Source: a virus (Duplodnaviria > Caudoviricetes). Taken from it: a DNA stretch of 64,000 bases. A model generated the notes under the pieces. It worked only from the letters and a program-made list of their open reading frames with translations. It did not search any database and had not been told where the DNA came from. The stretch spans positions 12,670-76,669 of IMG/VR virus record IMGVR_UViG_3300031673_000017. One strand, 5' to 3'. Made by a program: the position numbers and the translations under genes. Below, piece by piece: positions 58,330 to 64,000 of this stretch; positions within the stretch are counted from its first letter, which is position 1; each line of letters opens with the position of its first letter.

Positions 58330-58611
58330 TTATAATGTTTCCCAAACTATTTCAGCTTCACCTATTTGTCTTGCACAATATTCGATTAAATCTGCTCCGC
58401 CGTTTCTCGAACAACGTTCGACAAAAGCATCATAAGCAGAATGAAAATTAGAGAAATAACAGCATCTGGTGTATCCTATACTTTCAAAATATTGCTGAGT
58501 TACGAATTTTCGTACGCTCATATTACTATCAGTGAATGCCAGAACAATTTGAAACCTCTCGGCTCCGCGTTCTACCCTAAAATTCGCTTGTAAGATTCTT
58601 TGAATTTTCAT
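58330..58611 (-). CDS. Hypothetical early protein
   Basis: FVT.......GY....YF.....A...F.ER pattern. Confidence 0.5.
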   Translation of the reverse strand: MKIQRILQANFRVERGAERFQIVLAFTDSNMSVRKFVTQQYFESIGYTRCCYFSNFHSAYDAFVERCSRNGGADLIEYCARQIGEAEIVWETL

Positions 58612-58832
58612 TTCATTCCCCTTTGAAATACTTAGTATTTATACGTTTTGACTTTTACTCTTCCTGGCTCTGGGAACTTCGCTTTGCTGACGTACCGCGT
58701 CAAAATGAGTTGCCCATCGAAGCCAATTACAATATGTACTTCCATTCCATCAATTTTAATCCATGCTTGTTTTGTTCTGCTGTCTGATGGAAAATCTTTT
58801 GGCTCGATTGTAACTGAATGTTTTGATTTTTT

Positions 58833-58934
58833 CATTTTATTCTCCTTTAATTTCTTTACCCTCTTATCTATGTAAAGTGTACTACATCTTTAGGTAAAAG
58901 CAAAGAGAAAAATCAGGATTTTGCAAATATTTTT
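58833..58934 (-). promoter_or_regulatory. Promoter/RBS cassette, copy 2 of 102-bp direct repeat
   Basis: Near-identical to 56608-56709; ends at ATG of 58632..58835. Confidence 0.7.
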
Positions 58935-59124
58935 GTAAATAGCAGCAAATAATTTTAGGCCTATAATTGAAATCTGCGAATCGCTGTTTTCAGCCTAAAA
59001 ACAAAGGTTTATATGCTGAAAACGCCATATTTAGCCCATACTGGATTACAAGCTGTATTTACTCGTAGAAACGACGATAGGCCCAGCATGGGCCTCGTAG
59101 AGCCTCGTTTTGTAGCGTGAAACG

Positions 59125-61197
59125 CTATAATCCGCGGATTTTTCCAGCAATGAGATTTCCATCAGGAAATTTAATTTTTAATTCACTTAATTTACCTTCT
59201 ATTAATTTTCCATTATTTTCTATCGTTGTTTCGCCTCCCGCAGCTTCACTCCAATTTTTTTCACTTACACCAAGTCCAACTAAAATTGGAACTCTAAATT
59301 TTACAGTAGTAGTTTCCAACATATTGTATATAAAGTCATATAATTTAGGATCTCGTAAATTTTCCAGTGGAACTCCATTTAATAATTCGTCATGAACATT
59401 AGCCCTTATTTTTATTCCCCACTTTTTAGATTCTGAATTATAACGCGGAGAAAACGCAACCATTCTCTCTTTTATAATATCTGCTGCAGTTCCTTGTGCT
59501 ATCGAGTTTAATGCTTTATATGTAGCAGTGCCTGGCAAATATCGGCGTCTGCCATAAGCCGTAAAAATAAAGCCCCTTTGAATTGCTACTTTAATTGCAC
59601 GTTTTGATAATGCTTTTATTTCAGGAAATCTTTCATGGTATATGTCATAAGAATCTTCAGAGTGAGTTTTACAAAGTTCGTTAAATTTCATAACTCTTAA
59701 TTCTGGTGCTAATAAACCTTCATTTATAAGTTCATTTACTTTATCACCCATTGTTTTAATAATATCTTCATTAGATGATAATGTCTTGGTAACTGCCTTT
59801 TTGCCTTCACCATAGACCATTCCAAAATTTAATTGTTTAGCTGGTTTTCGCACAATCCCTAAAAGTTCTGCAACCCATTTATGATAATCTGTCAAAGGAT
59901 TTTCATTATACGCTTTTATTGCTGCCACAATATTTGCATAATGTACAACTAAACGATATTCTATTTGTGAATAGTCGTTTGATATAAATCCCTCGCCATC
60001 AAATGGATGAATAAGTTTCTTTGATCTTTCATTCTGTTGTTGAGAGTTTGGTTTGCTACATGATAATCGTCCAGTTCTTACTGATTGATTATAATTTGGA
60101 TGAATTATGCCATCGACATTAAGCTCTAAGAATGTATCGAGAAATAAACTTTTAAATTGTTGTTCTGTACGGTAGGATGAAATAACATTTATAAGCTCTT
60201 GAGTCTTAGGATTACTTGTTACAGATGGATGATTTTTATATAATGCCATCGCATCTTTATCAAAACTTGGGCGGCCTGTATCTATGTATTGGCCATCTTC
60301 CTTCTCTTTAATCGTAAGTAAAACGGGAAGTTTTAATTGCTTTAACAGAATTTCTTGCATACATGCATTTGAATTAGTAAATTCTTCGAGTCCTGTGGCT
60401 TCTTGAATTTTCTCAGCACTATCAATCATTATTGTTAATGATTTTATAGATTCTTTTCGACACTCGTCAACATCTATTTTTAAACCTTCTTTTTCAATAT
60501 CAAATAGAACAGACGTTAGGTTTATTTCAGTTTCGATTAATCGTTGTACAGCTTCACCTTGTGTTCCTTCAGATTTTTCGATGCGTGTTTGCATCTCCTT
60601 TTGTAAAAATCTATATAATAATCGATTCATTCTCACGTCGTCATTGCAATACTCACCAAGAAGTTCAATAGGAACATCTGCATAAGATTTTGATTTAATT
60701 TTCTTTAAATATGCTTGAACTCTATCTAAACTTCCAGTGTCATAATTTAACCAATCAACACAAAGTGGTTTTAATTTATAATTTGTACGATCACTATATA
60801 CTAATTTAGCGAGATTACAAGTGCACACAAGACGACAATCGAATTGAACATCGTCTCCAATATCAAACATCATCGCGTCGAACTTAACATAGTGGTTTAT
60901 CCAATCATGACAAGATGTAAGTATATCTCTTGCCCAATTCATTACATTTTTAACTGGTAAATTATTTGAACATTCCGCAGTATGTCTAACAGGAACATAA
61001 AAAACTTCTGGCATATCATCGGCAGACACGCTAAACCCGCATATTTTATCGCCCTTAAACGGATACATTCCACCTACTTTATCGTTATCGAAAACTCTTT
61101 TCGATTCGATGTCGCAAAATATCTCCCGCCTATTCCGTAAATCTGGAAGTTCAGAAAGCGTCTCTATTATATGAAATCCATTTTTTAAATTAATCAT
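59125..61197 (-). CDS. polA: Family A DNA polymerase with 3'-5' exonuclease
   Basis: ExoI CDIES, ExoII NHYVKFD, ExoIII YCNDD; TGRLS; motif A DYSQIEYR; motif B KQLNFGMVYG; motif C VHDEL. Confidence 0.95.
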   Translation of the reverse strand: MINLKNGFHIIETLSELPDLRNRREIFCDIESKRVFDNDKVGGMYPFKGDKICGFSVSADDMPEVFYVPVRHTAECSNNLPVKNVMNWARDILTSCHDWINHYVKFDAMMFDIGDDVQFDCRLVCTCNLAKLVYSDRTNYKLKPLCVDWLNYDTGSLDRVQAYLKKIKSKSYADVPIELLGEYCNDDVRMNRLLYRFLQKEMQTRIEKSEGTQGEAVQRLIETEINLTSVLFDIEKEGLKIDVDECRKESIKSLTIMIDSAEKIQEATGLEEFTNSNACMQEILLKQLKLPVLLTIKEKEDGQYIDTGRPSFDKDAMALYKNHPSVTSNPKTQELINVISSYRTEQQFKSLFLDTFLELNVDGIIHPNYNQSVRTGRLSCSKPNSQQQNERSKKLIHPFDGEGFISNDYSQIEYRLVVHYANIVAAIKAYNENPLTDYHKWVAELLGIVRKPAKQLNFGMVYGEGKKAVTKTLSSNEDIIKTMGDKVNELINEGLLAPELRVMKFNELCKTHSEDSYDIYHERFPEIKALSKRAIKVAIQRGFIFTAYGRRRYLPGTATYKALNSIAQGTAADIIKERMVAFSPRYNSESKKWGIKIRANVHDELLNGVPLENLRDPKLYDFIYNMLETTTVKFRVPILVGLGVSEKNWSEAAGGETTIENNGKLIEGKLSELKIKFPDGNLIAGKIRGL

Positions 61198-61198
61198 T

Positions 61199-61759
61199 TT
61201 AATTTTTCGATAACCAACTTTTAATATAATTATTTTCTAAATCATTTTCAATTAATTCTTTCGACCAGAGACGCACGTCAAGCGACGTATCTAATGGCCC
61301 ATTACGACGCACAAAACTAATATTAGAGCCGATGTTCTCATAAGCCACAACGTCTATTAATTCAGAATCAACAATTATATTTGCACAATGCGTGCAAGGC
61401 AAATGAGTAGAAACTAAAATAGCCTTAATATTTTTTCGATGTTGCCTAAATCGTTTTAAATATTTCATAACAACTCTGGATTCAGCATGACTACATCTAC
61501 ACGCACGATCTTTGCCACCACACGTATTTCCATTGCTCGGCCCGTTAGTTGCTGAATAGTGTTCGATTAATTCGTTAAATAAATCAATCTCAAGAATAGA
61601 ACATCCAACAGCTCTTCGCATACATTTACGCTCAGCATTGGCTTTAATTTGCATCTGGGAAAATGTATGTAAAACTACTTGTTTTACAAGCATATCTATC
61701 GTTGGGCTTTTTCTTATCTTAAGCCTTTTTTCAACTTGTCGCAATGTATCTCGTTTCAT
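61199..61759 (-). CDS. dCMP/cytidine deaminase-like protein
   Basis: C.RRAVG, HAE, PCTHC zinc motifs. Confidence 0.8.
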   Translation of the reverse strand: MKRDTLRQVEKRLKIRKSPTIDMLVKQVVLHTFSQMQIKANAERKCMRRAVGCSILEIDLFNELIEHYSATNGPSNGNTCGGKDRACRCSHAESRVVMKYLKRFRQHRKNIKAILVSTHLPCTHCANIIVDSELIDVVAYENIGSNISFVRRNGPLDTSLDVRLWSKELIENDLENNYIKSWLSKN

Positions 61760-61762
61760 AGC

Positions 61763-62374
61763 TTATAATCCTAAAGAATGTCGTCTGCTTAACCAGTCTA
61801 TTGTTAATTCTGTTACATCACTATCACTCACGAAATTTGTATTATTATAATCAAATGCTGGATTAGGTAAGATATTGAATGCATAATCTGAATCCATGCG
61901 GCCTTTTGTACTAAATCGTTTATAAAATTTATTGGATTCGCACATCGCACTTATAGTTAATAAATTTCCACGTTCATCATTATGTAGCCTGCGTCGATAC
62001 CGCTCTTCATCTTCAGCGTATAAAACAACAATTAATCCGCCCTGTCCACGAATCCAACCATTTATTATTTGTAGATGTTCTGGTGAAATTTTGTCTTGAT
62101 GATATGCAAGCCCACTAAGATGGAATCGATCTTGAACAGCATAAGGATTCAACAGCTTGCGGTAGTCTAAGAAGAAATCAAACACATCTTCATTAGGCCT
62201 TGTCATCCAGCCATATACAACAGGCAAGCCCATTTCAGAAATCTTTTTAACAATTTTTTTGGCAAGAATAGTCTTGCCAAGATTGTCGCTGCCTTCTATT
62301 AATAGCATTATGTTTCTCCAATAAATAAGTGATGGAAAGTTGCTCAGGCGTTTTGATGCTTCATTGGCAGCCAT
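61763..62374 (-). CDS. Thymidylate-kinase-like P-loop kinase
   Basis: IEGSDNLGKT Walker A and DRFH; true start probably MLLIEG at ~62309. Confidence 0.8.
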   Translation of the reverse strand: MAANEASKRLSNFPSLIYWRNIMLLIEGSDNLGKTILAKKIVKKISEMGLPVVYGWMTRPNEDVFDFFLDYRKLLNPYAVQDRFHLSGLAYHQDKISPEHLQIINGWIRGQGGLIVVLYAEDEERYRRRLHNDERGNLLTISAMCESNKFYKRFSTKGRMDSDYAFNILPNPAFDYNNTNFVSDSDVTELTIDWLSRRHSLGL

Positions 62375-62430
62375 TTATTTATTTTATTTGCAACACACAT
62401 CTGGCCATGATGCGCCATCACTAATAATTA

Positions 62431-62513
62431 ATATTGATATTGATATTGATATTGATATTGATATTGATATTGATATTGATATTGATATTGATATTGATAT
62501 TGATATTGATATT
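62431..62513. repeat. Perfect (ATATTG)13 hexanucleotide microsatellite
   Basis: 13 full units plus 5 nt, counted directly. Confidence 0.95.
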
Positions 62514-62714
62514 AAAATAAAGAAATATCGATGAGCGATTCTGCGATTGAATCGCAATATGAAATCACTTATAATAAGCAAGCATATCTGGACGCAATAC
62601 CATCATCGATATTTATAATCGCAGCTAAATTTAGGATCATCACAAAATCCATTTCCCATCTCCTTGGTAATAGCTACACTTAACCAACTTCATGAACAGC
62701 TTTCGCTGATGCTC

Positions 62715-63587
62715 TTAAAAATCTTGATTTGCTTTTACAGATGCTTCATCAGGGTCTGTAATTTCTTCGTCGATTACCATTAGACGTGATTTCTCGTACA
62801 AATCTTTGAACTCTAAATGAAGTTTTTGCATGGTATCTGCTTCATCTGGTAAAATAATCGATTGTTCAGGAGATGAAAATTTAAATCCATACCATTTTTT
62901 CGATGGTTCTGGATTATGGAATAATGTTGACAATTTCCAAACTTGTGCCCAAAGAGGGACTTGTTCAGACTCATTGTTTATTATTTGTCTCCTAAGCGAA
63001 ACAGCAGATATGAAATTCTTTCCTTGTCCCCACTCGCCTCTTTCAAAAGAAAGTGTTACAGGAGTTCCGACGAGCGGATGATCGCCATAAATTACGCCAA
63101 TAAAGCGAAGGTGTTCAACATACGAATAATATAGCCTATCTTTTTCAAGCATGTTCTCTTGACCTTCATAGACTTCTTTTCGAGTATCAGCACTTTTTGA
63201 CTTTAATGCAATTTTACTTGATGGATCATGAGACCGCTCTAAAACCATTGGGCCTGTGCCTTTTAAGTCACGCCATTTGTTCCACTCGACAAAAAAGAAC
63301 AAAGGAACAAAATGAAATGATTTAGGCTCTTCATTATGTTTACAAATCATTGCATCACCTGGGCGAACGATAACAGTACCCCTGCCAAAATTAGTTACGA
63401 GATCGTCGTCAGATGTTGGCTGAACAATCTTAAAACGTGGGACTGTTCTGTGTTCTTTAAGGGCATTTAAACTCTCGTCTTGTTCAATATACTTAGCTAA
63501 ATAATCTGGATTAACCGCAACTTTATTAATTGCAGTTTCATTTCGCGACGCTAAACCACCGCCGCCATTCTTTGTCTCATCACTCAT
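62715..63587 (-). CDS. Conserved phage replication-module protein (possible ssDNA-binding protein)
   Basis: PRFKIVQ..S, PLFF..EW..W.D, acidic C-terminus, near DNA polymerase. Confidence 0.4.
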   Translation of the reverse strand: MSDETKNGGGGLASRNETAINKVAVNPDYLAKYIEQDESLNALKEHRTVPRFKIVQPTSDDDLVTNFGRGTVIVRPGDAMICKHNEEPKSFHFVPLFFFVEWNKWRDLKGTGPMVLERSHDPSSKIALKSKSADTRKEVYEGQENMLEKDRLYYSYVEHLRFIGVIYGDHPLVGTPVTLSFERGEWGQGKNFISAVSLRRQIINNESEQVPLWAQVWKLSTLFHNPEPSKKWYGFKFSSPEQSIILPDEADTMQKLHLEFKDLYEKSRLMVIDEEITDPDEASVKANQDF

Positions 63588-63866
63588 TTTTTAATTCTCC
63601 AATTCAAAAAGTTTTTAATTCGTTAATTTTAATTTATTGATTCTTAATTCTTAAATCACAAAGTTGAGTTTTTTAAACTCGGACGCATTTGATTTTCCTC
63701 CTTTCATTATCATAATATAATTCTCCAGCTTATCTTTAATCTTTTAATCTTTCAATTTTCTTATAATCTATCATTTAACTTCACATTTTATTTTCCCTCC
63801 TTTCATTCATAATGAGTAGATTAAAGTCTTATCTCGATATTAATACTTTCATTATGAAGTTATTTA

Positions 63867-64000
63867 TTATTTCACCTTTCGTTTGCGATAAGTTGTTGTG
63901 TATAATGGATATTGTTTTCCAAATCCAGGTGGAATTTCTTTTCCTTCATTCATTCGTTTTGTTAAAAATTCTGTTACTTGTTTCCAGTCAAGACGTAATA
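63867..64000 (-). CDS. Partial hypothetical protein (C-terminus)
   Basis: LRLDWKQVTEFLTKRMNEGKEIPPGFGKQYPLYTTTYRKRKVK*. Confidence 0.45.
   Translation of the reverse strand, partial: LRLDWKQVTEFLTKRMNEGKEIPPGFGKQYPLYTTTYRKRKVK

Noticed and set aside
62340-62581. ORFs with (ID)n or (IS)n runs
   Set aside because: Products of the hexamer microsatellite, which has no stops in these frames; no evidence of real proteins.
618-63134. All plus-strand ORFs in the six-frame track (e.g. 10594..11055, 13555..13995, 32708..33178)
   Set aside because: Antisense shadows of motif-supported minus-strand genes; no recognisable motifs of their own.
1-64000. Host taxon or prophage assignment
   Set aside because: No host genes, integrase or att site visible; cannot be supported without database searches.

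Overview
A 64-kb segment of an AT-rich tailed dsDNA phage genome (long-tailed, siphovirus-like organisation). Every credible gene is on the minus strand, so transcription runs right to left. In that order the window holds: a nucleotide-metabolism and family A polymerase block; small early genes behind a duplicated 102-bp promoter/RBS cassette; ligase, 5'-3' exonuclease, tRNA-Leu(UAA) and many accessory enzymes; primase-helicase followed by a ~330-bp iteron-rich palindrome; a sigma-70-like factor and terminase; three Mom-like DNA-modification domains; a glycosyltransferase/methyltransferase cassette and a DNA methyltransferase; then portal, MuF, scaffold, capsid, neck, tail tube, frameshifted tail chaperones and the start of the tape measure gene. 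The strongest lead is a 72-nt tRNA-Gly-like cloverleaf read in frame as the linker between two tandem Mom-like domains. Other leads are a MuF head protein carrying both an ADP-ribosyltransferase and a lethal-factor-like zinc protease, the glycan-modification cassette, the palindromic candidate origin, and three GGGAU-loop hairpins before the capsid gene. No integrase, CRISPR array or host genes were seen. All family calls come from motif recognition by eye, not database searches.
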